64,000 bases of DNA, taken from the NCBI GenBank assembly GCA_918797485.1, contig CAKKNE010000003.1, forward strand, positions 1,488,001 to 1,552,000, given 5' to 3'. Numbering within the stretch: the stretch's first letter is position 1; each line of letters opens with the position of its first letter. This document shows, piece after piece, positions 1 to 10,689 of this stretch. This DNA comes from Pelagomonas calceolata (Eukaryota). Below the pieces are notes generated by a model. That model made no database searches, had not been told where the DNA came from, and saw nothing but the letters and a program-made list of their open reading frames with translations. The position numbers and the translations under genes were made by a program.

Positions 1-3000
1 CCTGGCCGGCGGCGGCCCTGGCGGCGGCTCTGGCCGTCATCCTCTGGTCCCAACCAAGGGCCGGCGGCAGACGAGACCGCGGGCCGGTCGACCCCGGGGC
101 GGGCGCAGCCGCCGCGGCGCTGCTCGAGGCGACGGGCATCGACCCCGCGGCTCCGGTCTGGGGCGCGCCCTTCCGCGAGATGGCCGCGCTGTACGACGGC
201 GCCGACCCGCCGCTCGAGACTTTTGGCGTGTCGGCCAAATTCTCGAACGGGAAAGCCGCCACCGCGCGGTACTACGTCGCGCTGGAGCTCCCGGGCTCCG
301 GCGGGCACCTGCCGCGCGACGCCCAGCGCCGCGCGGCCGCGCGCACGGCCGCCGCGCTCAAGGCGCCGCCGCTCGTCGACGCCTGGCTCGCCGTGCTCGC
401 CGCGGAGGCGCCGCCGCCCGTCTACGGCTTCGGCGTTGACGCGGACGCCGGCGCCGCGAAGCTCTACGTCCAGAACCGCGACGGCGCGGCCCTGCCCCAG
501 CTACCGGCGGCCGCACAGGCGGCGATGCCGCCAGTATTTAGCAACGGCACGCGGGAGCCGCGGCAAGTGCTGTCGCTCGAATGGCACGTCGGCGAACCGA
601 CGACGGCGCTGCGTCGGTACGCCGTCGGGGCCACACCGGACGGCCCGCCGCGGGCGGCGCGCGACAGCTTCCTCGCAGTCGGCGGCGGCCAGCTGGCTGA
701 CGCGCTCGAGGCGGCGGCCGACGCGCACGCGGCATTGGTCTACGACGTGGCCGCGACCGGCTTCTTCCAGGCAGACGGCCCGGCGCCGCCCGCGCGCGCC
801 GAACGCGCCAAGGCCGGTCTCTCGTTCGTTCGGCAGCCAGACATCGAAGCGCTGACGCCGGTCTTCAAGGCCTTTGACGTCGATGCGAGCTTGGCGGCGC
901 GCTGGGTGCGAGATTCGGCGGACATAGGACACTCGATCACAAACGTGGAGGTCGGGCGCGGCGCCGTCGCGGTCTACCGCCACCCGACGCGCTTCGACTT
1001 CTTCGACGGCGCCGCGCCCGCGCTACACGCGCAACCAGCTGCGCCGCGCGGCGTGGCACCCTACGTGTGGCCGGCGCCACCGGCGGAGCTCATGATGCGC
1101 TCCGAGACGACGGTCGTCCGCGGCAGCCCGTCGGCTGGTTCCTGCGGTCGACGGGCGGCTTGGATCACTGGGACGAGTACGAAGCTGGCTGCTGGCTCGG
1201 GCTCGATTACCCCTTGGATTCGGAGGGACTCTACCCTGCTACTGACCGCTGCCACACCTGCCAATCGTCGTACCTGTGCTCCACGAACGTGGCCAAGGCC
1301 GCTCCGTCGCCCGCGCCGACGACGGCCGCGCCGACGGTGACGGCTGCGCCCACGATCGACGGTCTCGCGCTCGTGATCGACGGATCCAAAGACACGTTTT
1401 ACTACGACTCGCCTCTCTGGACGAACGACCAGCTCTACAACCGCGCCGGCGAGCTCAAGGCGCGCGCCTTCTTCGAGCCGACGAGCGAATTCACCGTCGT
1501 GATGGAATACGGCTCCGAGGAACGCTCGCTCACTATCGAGCTGGATCAGGAGAAAAGCCTGCAGGAGCTTTTCTCCGGCGACTATACCGCCACGGACGCC
1601 AGCGTCGACGCGTGGCGCTCCCTTGTTCCGGACGCGGGCTATGCAAACAACTGCAACCGGCAAGGCTTCAACACCGAATCAGATGGCTGCCACGTGGGCA
1701 TGTCGCACTGCCGCCTGCGGTTGGGCATCTGGTTCAACAACGAGGATGAATGTCATTCGTCAGACAGCTTCCTGGGCATCGGCGCTGCCGAGTTTTCGTC
1801 GGGCTCGAAATGTCACTACAACGGCGATGGCGGTGGGACCTGCGACACCAAAGCGACCGTCACGCGGATCTACGCCAGGGCCGCGCCGTCGCCCGCGCCG
1901 ACTGCGACGCTGAAGCCGTCCTTGTCGCCGGCGCCCACGATCAATGCGGTATGCGCCGCCGGCTACTACAGCTGCGCCAGCTGCTGCGACCAGGACGCGG
2001 ACTGCTCGTGCGACGGGCACGGCGGTGACGCCTACGAGCACGACTGGCGCACGCCCAAGTGCCCCGAAGGCTATTACGAGTGCCGCGATTGCTGCGACCG
2101 CGACGCGGACTGCGGCTGCGACGACCATTGCGAGTGGGGCGCGAACGCGGACTGCTCCCTCGCGTACGACGGCGACGCCAAGCCCGCGGGATGGTGCCCC
2201 GTGGGCTACCACGACTGCGGCCATCACGACTGCTGCGACTGGAACAGCGACTGTGCGTGCGACGGCGCGTGGCGGACGGGCAACGACGACGAGCACTGCG
2301 GCGTCGGGCCGACGGGCCACGATGGCGCGCTGCCGGACTTCGAGTGCAGCGTGCGCAAAGGCTCGACGTCTGCTGGCAGCGTGTCCCTCTACGAGGACAA
2401 GAGCCGCGGCTCGGAATGCGACGCGCTCGACTCTAGCGGAAATGTCGTGGACGCGGACTCCGCGGACCACTGCTGCCAGGGTGAGGCTTATTGTTGCAAT
2501 CACGTCCTCCCTCAAGCTTTGTACGTCTGGGGCGACTCTGGTGGCGCGGATTGCCCTGCGGATTCTGATATCATCGATACATATGAAGGGTGCCTAGCGG
2601 CAGTCGAATGGTTTGCGCAACAGGGCGTCTCCATGGCAGCAAGCTCGCTCGAGAATGTTGCGTGGGGAGGGCCACGCGGTTGCCACGCCCAGTCCGATGT
2701 GACCGGCACCACCGTGCACTTCCAATTCAACAGTAATATCGACGGTGGCACAAGAGCAGACGATCACACCATTCTGTGTCAAGTCTCAGGAGCTACCGCA
2801 GACGGTACTGGGTCGTGCACGTCCGACTCCGACGATTGCGGCTACCGGTTCCGCTGTGGCGGCTCTCCCGAACCCGTGGACGGCGCGTGCGACAGCATTC
2901 ACGTGCATTACGGCGTGGCCTGCAGCTCGGCGCACGGAGAGGCGCACGGCTGCCCGATCGTGAACGTCCCGCGAGAGACGTGGGATTACGATCTTTGGAG

Positions 3001-3247
3001 CTGCGACGACTTGTGCGGGCGAGTCGGCGGGTGGTGCGAGCGCGCGGCGTACATGAGCAACGATCACTGCGGGTCGGACGTCCACGAGGAGTACGAGCTC
3101 TCGTGCGATCAGGGCATTCGTGATTCGGGTTTGACGTATCCGTCCCACACTCTGTGCTGGTGCCGGGTCGAGGACACGCCTATGCCGACGGCCATGCCGA
3201 CGTCCGTGCCGACGTCGGCGCCAACGCCCACGTTCCAGCCGACGGTG

Positions 3248-3489
3248 GCGCCGACGAAAGTCCCGACGCCGGTGCCGACGTCGATGCCGTCTCGCGAGCC
3301 GACGACGGCGACAAATCGGCCGACGTCGACGCCGACGCACGTGCCGACGTCGCCGACGTCAGCGCCGACGAAAGTCCCGACGTCGACGCCGACGTCGATG
3401 CCGTCTCGCGAGCCGACGACGGCGACAAATCGGCCGACGTCGACGCCGACGCACGTGCCGACGTCGCCGACGTCAGCGCCGACGAAAGT
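3248..3489 (+). repeat. 114-bp-period coding tandem repeat (38-aa PT-rich mucin unit, ~2.1 copies)
   Basis: ccgacgaaagt recurs at 3251, 3365 and 3479; unit PTKVPT..TSMPSREPTTATNRPTSTPTHVPTSPTSA. Confidence 0.9.
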
Positions 3490-3947
3490 GCCCACCGCGC
3501 AGCCGTCGCTCGAGCCCAAAACCGAAACCCCAACGAGCGTTCCGACGTCGACGCCGACGACGCCGCCGACGCCCGAGCCGACGGCGACGCCAAGCGCGTT
3601 TCCGACGCCAAGCGAGCCGTCGCCGTCGCCCACGATTGAATATTTTGCGGCGCCAGGTGACAATCTGCAGACTGTGCTTGATTCGGCGCCCGATGGCAGC
3701 GAGATCGTACTCGCGGACGGGACGTATACCAGCGGACAGAGCCCAAATTTTCTATCCATCAGCAAAGACATCACAGTTCGTGCGCTGAACCCAAGGGGCG
3801 CGATCCTTGACGGGCAGAACGGTCGACGCCTCTTCTGCATCAGCACTAGCGGCACCGTCGTGATCGAGGGCCTGGACCTAGCTTGCGGTGCGGCGCGGAC
3901 GGGGCGGGCGAGGACCAGACCGTCACGATCTATTGCGGTCCGACGGC

Positions 3948-4190
3948 CCTGCCGACGGCGGCGCCAACGTCCGTGCCGACGCCATCGCCGAGCCCCGCGC
4001 CGAGCCGCCTGCCGACGACGGCGCCAACGTCCGTGCCGACGTTACCGCCGAGCCCCGCGCCGAGCCGCCTGCCGACGACGGCGCCAACGTCCGTGCCGAC
4101 GTTACCGCCGAGCCCCGCGCCGAGCCGCGTGCCGACGGTGGCACCAACGTCCTCGCCGACGTCTCCGCCGAGCCCCGCGCCGACAACTGC
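3948..4190 (+). repeat. 60-bp coding tandem repeat (APTSVPTLPPSPAPSRLPTT, ~4 copies)
   Basis: Lines starting at 3961, 4021, 4081 and 4141 are near-identical. Confidence 0.95.
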
Positions 4191-7100
4191 GGTGCCGTCG
4201 CCGGTGCCGTCGCTCGCGCCGACGACCATAAATTACCGCCTCGCGGACTTCTCGGCGACGGCGCCCGCGGAGCTGGCCGAGGCGGCCTTTACGGGGACGG
4301 CTCTCAAGGTAGAGCACCTGGTCGTCAACCTCACGGTCCCGGCGACCGAGCCCGTTCACGTGTCGCTGAGCGCGTGGGAGCAGGGCGGCGGAGGTTTTCG
4401 CGGCAGGCGGAGGAAGGGCGGCGGCGCCCTCCGCTTCTACGCCGAGGACCCAGATAACCCGGGCTACGCGCTCGTCTCCGACCGCGGAACAGCCTTCGTC
4501 ACAGAAAGTATCCCCGCTGGCGACACCATTCTTACCCTCGCCGCCGGCGCGCTCCGGGACCGCGTCAATAACGGCCAGAGCGTCGTGCAGACCATCACGG
4601 TCTCCCTCGACTCGGACGATCCGATCTACGGCCGCGAGCGAAACTTTGTCGGGTCGTTCGCCGTGACGGTGCTGGACGTCGACGAGTCGCTGATCGCGGT
4701 GAACAAATTCCTGGCGACGACGGACCCCGTCACCTCCGACGCGGCGGCCCTCACGGCGAAAGCAAAGGAGAACGCCGCGGCCTTCGTCTTCACGGCAGCG
4801 CTGACGAGCCGGCCGTTTTCCGCCGTGCACCTTGAGGTCAAGGGCGACGTCGACGCGTTTGCGAGCATCTCCGTCGACGGCGCCGACGGAGGGAACCGCA
4901 CGGTCGAGCCTGCCGACTGGGCCTCGGCCGTGACGTACGAGTTCCGCGTCGCCGACGACGCCGTGCTCTCCGGCGACCGCAACTACTCCGTATGGTTCGT
5001 GGCGCGCTCGGACGATGCTAATTATAACAGCGTTCGCTCGGCTACGATGACGTGCCAGGTGATAGAGGACGACGTCGCGTTCGCGACGGTCTCGGGCAAG
5101 CAATTGACGGTCGGGGCCGGCGTCAACGGTCCGACGTTCAGCGACGGCTACTGGATCACGCTCTTCGCGCCGCCGACGGCCAACGTCTTCGTGTCGCTCG
5201 CCTGCGCCGACACGAATGTGTTCTACACGAAGCGGCTCGTGTTCACGCCGGACAGCTGGGATCGGAAGTAGACGGGACCATCTCGGACCTGCTGCAGATC
5301 GAGCTCGGCGGCGAAGGCACCACGGTCAAGGTTGACAACCTCGCCGAACCCATCGTGTTCGACATCCCGTTCGACTACGACCCGGCGCTCGAGGATGGCT
5401 ACGACCCGGGCACGGACACGGGCGTGTGTTCGGATCAGTCTCAGGTCCTGACCTTCAACTGTGACGTGCCCACGACCTTCGACTGCGGCGGGTCTGAAGA
5501 CCCGCGCGACGTCACCGTGAATTGTCCCACCAAGGCGGCTTCGTGCTCGTTCTGGGATAATGCGACGAGAAGCTGGTCCTCCGACGGCTGTTCTGTCGTC
5601 GCGAACACGGCGTCCGGCGTGACGTGCGCGTGTACGCATCTGACCGACTTCGCCGCCTCGACGACCGCCCCGGACGCGGACGTCGTCGTGAGCGTCCGAT
5701 ATCCCACGCCATCGCCGACCACACCGTCACCGACGTCGAGCCCCACGACGTCGTCGCCGGGCCCCTCGCCGCGACCGACGCCGCGATCTAGCCCGGCGCC
5801 GACGCCCCTGCCCGGGCACCCCACGGCGGCGCCGGTCTTTGCTCCGACGCAGCGGCCCACACCAACGCCCACGCCGCGACCGACGCGAGCGCCGTCTCCC
5901 ATTCCCACGCCGATGCCGACGACCGAGCCGCCGTCGCCGTCGCCGACGCACCAGCCGACGCCGGCCCCCACGCCGGCGCCGACGCAAGCTCAGACGCTGG
6001 TCCAGGTCGCTTCGTCGGTGACGCTCGAGGGCGTCAACCCCGTCCTGTTTAACGCCGACAAGACCGGCAGGCAGGCGGCGTTCGCGCAGTCGATCATGGA
6101 CAGCGCCAACGATCTCTTCGACGAGATCATAGACATTGAGGCCGCCGGGCGGCGTCGCCTCGACGACGGCGCGGGCGTCGCGATCTCGTACACGGGCATC
6201 GCCCGCATCGACGGCACGGATAACGGCGAACAAGTCTCGGCGGAATTGCTGGAACAGTCCATGGACGCCCTGACGTTGGCAATTAACGACGGGAGTTTCT
6301 TGACCACGCTGCAGGCCGCGGATTCCGCGTTCGCCGCCGTGACCGTGGACGAGACGGCGACGTACGCGGCGATTGCGGCGGCCACGGTCGTCTTCGTCGT
6401 CACCACGCCGGCGCCGACTACGTCGCCGAGCCCGAGGCCCACGTCGGCGCCGTCCCTGCGGCCGACGCCAAAACCGTCCCCGCGGCCGACGGCCACACCT
6501 TCGAGCGGGGCACCTGGCGGCGCTGCCGGCGACGACGACGGCGCTGCCGACGACGGCGGTGCCGCCGCCGCCCCCGCCCCCGCCCCCGCCTCTGGCGGCG
6601 GGGGCTCCGACTCGGGCGGTGGCACTCTTATCATCATCATTGTGGTGTTGGTAGTTGTTATTTTGATGCTCCTGTCAGGCATCGGCGGCTACCTCGTGAG
6701 CACGCGGCGAGGAAACAAGATTTCTGCCGTGGCCGTCGCCGTCGCGCCTGTCGAGGACGGTGAGCTGACGACAGACCGCTGGGCGACCGCGCGCCGCGAG
6801 GAACGCTGTATGATGAAAGCCTCGCCGCGCGTGCTGCCCATGGTCACGCCTACAGACGCGGCCGCGACGCACTTTCCGCCCTCGGGCGCGCCGCGGAGGC
6901 AAGCCCCGGACCTCGAGGACCAAGTCTGATGAGGTACAATCCCCCCCCCCCCGTTTAGAATCCTTTGCTTGCGCGCTCGCTCGGGCCGACTGAGGCCGAC
7001 GGCGCACCCCATTTCCCCTTTCTTTCGTGTTTCATAAATACTGCTAGTATTGGATGCCGACCTCTTACGCTGGCGGGTAAAGACCCCGCACACTTTTCGA

Positions 7101-7250
7101 TAAACCCGTTTTCTCAAAGGCCCGGGGCCTTTTTTGCCAGTGAGAGGAAAAAGGGGTAGTAACCCGAACGACGTAGGAGAGAGGGGTGGTACCCCTTTGA
7201 CGACGTAAAAGAGGGGTGGGGTCTTTACGCACCAGCCTCTTACGCGCGCG

Positions 7251-8673
7251 TCAGGCCGGCGCCGCCTCCTTCCCCGGCTCCTCCGCGTCGCCCCCGCCGA
7301 GGCCGAACTCCTCGAGCTCCTCGGCGCGCACGGCGAGGTACGGGTTGTCCTCGCGCGGCCGGAACTTGTAGCCCGTCGCCGCGTAGAATAATAAAGTAGC
7401 GCCCTCGGCGAAGACGTAGCGCAGCCACAAAAACTCGAAGGGCAGCGTCGCCGCCAGCAGGAAGACGACGATGCGCGTGAAGTAGACGTAGGCCACGACC
7501 ATGACGTAGAACTGGCGGAAGAGCGTCAGCTTGCCGACCGTGTCCGCGGCCTTGCCGTCCGCCGCCGCCGCCTCGCGCAGGTGCCGGATCGACCACACGA
7601 TGGGCATGAGGATGGCCACGCAGCAGGCGATGTCCACGAGGTGCAGCACGTCGCGCCACGTGAGCCACGCGCGCGACCCCGGCGCCGCCTCCTCGAAGAC
7701 GACGAGCGCGAGGTTGTCGACGACCTGGAGGACGAGGACGACGACGACGATGCGCCGCTCCCGGCCGCTCAGGTAGGGCTTGACGATCGACCAGCCCGTG
7801 CCCACGAGCAAAATGACCTGCGCGCGCGGCGACCGGTGCGTCACCCGCCGAGCGGGCGTCGCGTCGATGGCGTGGACGCGCCGCCACGATGCGACTCTCG
7901 CGCCGCGCGCGCACCACGAACAGCATGACGCCCTTGAGCGACGCGAAGACGTAGTAGGCGTCGGCCCAGCCGCCGCCCGAGCCCGTTCTATCAATAGCGG
8001 CGTAGCGCGCGGCCCGCGCCGCGAGCGTGAGCGTCTTGAGGATGAGTAATACGCCCATGAGGGGATGCACGCGGTGCACGCGCTCCTTGCCTCCCCTGCA
8101 CAAAAGGAACCACCAGACGCAGGCGCAGAGCCCGAAGAGGCCCGCGAAGGCCGCAAAAACTTTTGGTAGGGCGGCCTCGCACGCTGATAAATAAGAGGGC
8201 CCCGGGTTGTAGAACTTGGCCTCGAGGTGGAAGGACGACGCGCCATCTTTAGATTCGTCGGGCGCGCAGCGCGCGTAGACGAGAGAATATAAACCCTCCT
8301 CGCCCGCCTTCACGACGTGTTTCAGCGTCTGCGTGTCCGCCCACTTGCTCCGGTCGCTCAGGTCCATCTCGAAGACGGCGCCGTCGCCCCTCGCGCCCTC
8401 GGTCCAGTCCAGGATGCAGGCCTCGGCCTCCAGGGACTCCTCGAGCTCCTGCTGCGCGGCGGACTCCGACGCCGCGCGCCGCATCGCGAAGCCCGCGCGC
8501 GGGTCGCCGCGGCCGTCGACGCGGAAGTCGCTCACGTCCAGCTCGAGCACGCCGCCCTCGACGAAGCAGAAGGACTCGATGCGGTACAGCGCGCGCCGGT
8601 CCTTGTCCACGACCAGGTCGTGGATGCTCGCGCTTGCGCCGGCCGCGAGGAGGAGCCAGCGGCGGGCGGCCAT
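7251..8673 (-). CDS. GPR107/GPR108-like (Lung 7TM/GOST family) membrane protein; exons 8673-7915 and 7817-7251, ~441 aa
   Basis: Signal peptide, EEGLYSLVY, NPGPSYLSACEAALP, VHRVHPLMGVL, LFVVILLVGTGWSIVKPYL, SIRHLREAAAADGKA, LTLFRQFYVMVVAYVYFTRIVV, GYKFRP..NPYL. GT-AG intron 7818-7914 restores the frame. Confidence 0.9.
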
Positions 8674-8813
8674 TATGGTGGGGGCGCGCTGCGGCTGTTG
8701 GTCTGTTTGTCGCTTCCTGTTACGCAGCCACCTTGTTGATGGCCTACTCGACCCTTACGCAGCCAGTGCCAGCCACCTCTGTGCTCCTTTGTGCGTTCGG
8801 AGGCAAATTATAT

Positions 8814-8837
8814 GCTAGTGTCTTACAGGACGCTAGC
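8814..8837. promoter_or_regulatory. CTAG-bounded intergenic motif copy (GCTAGTGTCTTACAGGACGCTAGC)
   Basis: Seen directly; ~140 bp upstream of the GPR107-like ATG. Regulatory function is inference. Confidence 0.55.
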
Positions 8838-9042
8838 ATTTTGCTGCTGCGAAGCGATCGGGCGCGGTAGTACGTCCATCGCGAAGAGCCAAGACCGCGG
8901 AGAGCAATAAACCCCCTGCAAGCGGGGGGACCCCGCGCCGCCAAGAGCCTGAGCCCGAGCCTGACGGGCTCGGACCCGTTGCCTAGATGCTACCTCGTAC
9001 AGTCTCACATATACGCGACGGCGGAATCGGGGGAGACGGCTC

Positions 9043-10074
9043 CTAGAGGCGACTCCTAGCACACCGCCGCCGCACCAGGTCCGCGAATTCGCCCGCGAGC
9101 CACGACGCGGTCGGCCGTTTTTCCCAGCGCGGGTCCAGCATCGCCTCCAGCAACTCGCCCTCGCGCGCCGGCTCGGCGCGGAGCCGGCACCGCGCCGCCT
9201 CGGCCGGGAGCGCCGCCGCGGCGAGCGTGGCGCCGACGCGGCGCCGCCTGAGCCGCTGCGCGAGCTCGCGGAAACGAGCTGCGAGACGATCCGGTCGCTC
9301 CTCGACGCCATGGCGGCGCGCGGTGTCGGGCCCGTGCGCGCACCGCAGGAGCAGGAAGACGAGCCCCGCGCCCCAGACGTCGCTCGCGGGCGTGAGGGCC
9401 ACGCGCCCCGCCTCCGGCGCCGCCGCCAGCGCGCCCGCGGTCGCCAGGCACCCCCCCGTTCCCGGCCGCGCGCCGGCCAGGCAGGCCCGCCCGAAGTCCG
9501 AGACCTTCCACCGCATGGCCGGCCCCGCGCCCTTGTACAGCAGGTTGCCGGCGTGGACGTCCTGGTTTACGATGCCGACGGCGTGCGCCGCCGCCAGGCC
9601 CCGCAGCATCTGGTGCACCGCCGTCAGAGCGAAGCACGCCCGGTCGCGGCGCGGCGGCACGAACCTGAGCGGGTCGGTGCCGTTCGTGGCCAGGAGGAGC
9701 TGGACCAGCGAACCGTCCATGCGCTCGTAGGTCGCGACGCGGGTCGCACCGCCGTCGAAGCACGCCGTCGCGGTCATCACGTGCGCGCCGGACACGTTCA
9801 GCAGGTTCGGGAGGAGGTCGTTCGCGAGATGAATCGCCATGCCACCGGGGGCCCGCTTCAGGACCACGCGCCGTTGCGTCTGCGCGTCCGTGGCCGCGTC
9901 GACGGTCAGGAAGACGCCCGTCCGGGGTCCGAGGGGCGACAGCCGCGTGCGATCGACGAAGCGCGCCTCGTCGAAGGTCTCGGCGCAGAAGCGGCCGAGG
10001 CCGTCGACCAGGCTCTCGTTCCAGTAGCGCGCGCGGCACCGGGTGCTTAGGAGCAATAGGACCCATCGACTCAT
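9043..10074 (-). CDS. Atypical Ser/Thr kinase-fold protein with predicted signal peptide
   Basis: VVLK, catalytic loop IVNQDVHAGNLL, WKVSDFG, AAPE, SDVWGAG, MLDPRWEKRPTA; hydrophobic N-terminus MSRWVLLLLS. Confidence 0.75.
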   Translation of the reverse strand: MSRWVLLLLSTRCRARYWNESLVDGLGRFCAETFDEARFVDRTRLSPLGPRTGVFLTVDAATDAQTQRRVVLKRAPGGMAIHLANDLLPNLLNVSGAHVMTATACFDGGATRVATYERMDGSLVQLLLATNGTDPLRFVPPRRDRACFALTAVHQMLRGLAAAHAVGIVNQDVHAGNLLYKGAGPAMRWKVSDFGRACLAGARPGTGGCLATAGALAAAPEAGRVALTPASDVWGAGLVFLLLRCAHGPDTARRHGVEERPDRLAARFRELAQRLRRRRVGATLAAAALPAEAARCRLRAEPAREGELLEAMLDPRWEKRPTASWLAGEFADLVRRRCARSRL

Positions 10075-10197
10075 GAATTAGGGCTGCCGCCCGGTGCCAC
10101 AACCTGTTAGGTTGTACAACTTCTTCCTGTAAGCACGGCTGCCCAGCCACCGCGAATGCCTCTGCAGGCATCCTTTGCGCACGCCCGAAGCCGGATG

Positions 10198-10221
10198 CCT
10201 AGTGTGTTACAGGCCGCTAGC
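10198..10221. promoter_or_regulatory. CTAG-bounded intergenic motif copy (CCTAGTGTGTTACAGGCCGCTAGC)
   Basis: In the divergent spacer between the kinase (ATG 10074) and the CRC gene (ATG 10690). Confidence 0.55.
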
Positions 10222-10689
10222 TTTGCATAACGCGGTTTGTTTAGATTTTTTGGCCGTCGGTGGCGCGGGTGCGACTTGCAAGGTTCGACTGACGACTGGT
10301 AGTTGGCGTCGGCGTGCTACGCGGACGGGACAAGACAGCAGCGCGCACCGTACCGTCGACGCGCGCGGGTTGACTCTCGCACTGCGCGGCGAACGGAGAG
10401 GGAAGCGAGCCGTGCCTTACATGCGAGGCGACCATTCACGCTTCTCGTATCTGAATTCTCCCGCAACCTACTAGAAAATTGAAAGTGTGGCATCTCAGCC
10501 CCAAAAAACGCCATCGCACGCCCGCCCAAGAGCCCAGATCAGCCCCACGAGCGGACCGAGGCCCGTCGCCAGCGATTTGCAAGCGACCAGCCAAAAAACG
10601 CGGACGCCAGCGGCGTTTTAGTCGATTTTGGCGCCTTGGCGCGAGAGCCCAGCCCAGCCCCTAGGCGCGGCGCGCGGCGCATACAGCTC

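Larger units (their letters stand above)
3..6929 (+). pseudogene. Large mosaic cell-surface protein gene, 5' end outside the window: N-terminal domain shared with the gene at 12804, USOMP5/fibrinogen-related-like domain, Cys-rich repeats, PT mucin repeats, truncated beta-helix, Calx-beta/cadherin-like repeats, GPS motif, RRRL-containing domain, single TM. Frame broken at three junctions
   Basis: Four overlapping ORFs in different frames (open from base 3 to ~1130; 1067..4231; 3883..5271; 5052..6929) carry consecutive domain segments. GPS motif [16 protein letters not shown]...[10 protein letters not shown] at ~5540-5655; [26 protein letters not shown] at ~6627-6700. No convincing intron at the frame switches (~1130, ~3885, ~5265), so pseudogene or assembly error. 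Confidence 0.6.

Noticed and set aside
3248..4190. Regular direct repeats as a possible CRISPR array
   Set aside because: Head-to-tail in-frame PT mucin repeats without unique spacers; eukaryotic context and no cas genes.
6940..6952. Poly-C tract after the stop codon
   Set aside because: Simple homopolymer with no supporting structure.
7040..7230. Partial GCTAGTAT and an imperfect direct repeat (GACGTA..AGAGGGGTGG) in a convergent spacer
   Set aside because: Lacks the core and second CTAG of the promoter-associated motif; the repeat is short, with no TIR or TSD.
8814..8837. CTAG motif as a Helitron 3' end
   Set aside because: No GC-rich subterminal hairpin or shared upstream body among the copies. 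Not fully excluded.
10470..10490. TTGAAA upstream of the CRC gene as a CHR cell-cycle element
   Set aside because: Imperfect match (not TTTGAA), single instance, likely by chance.
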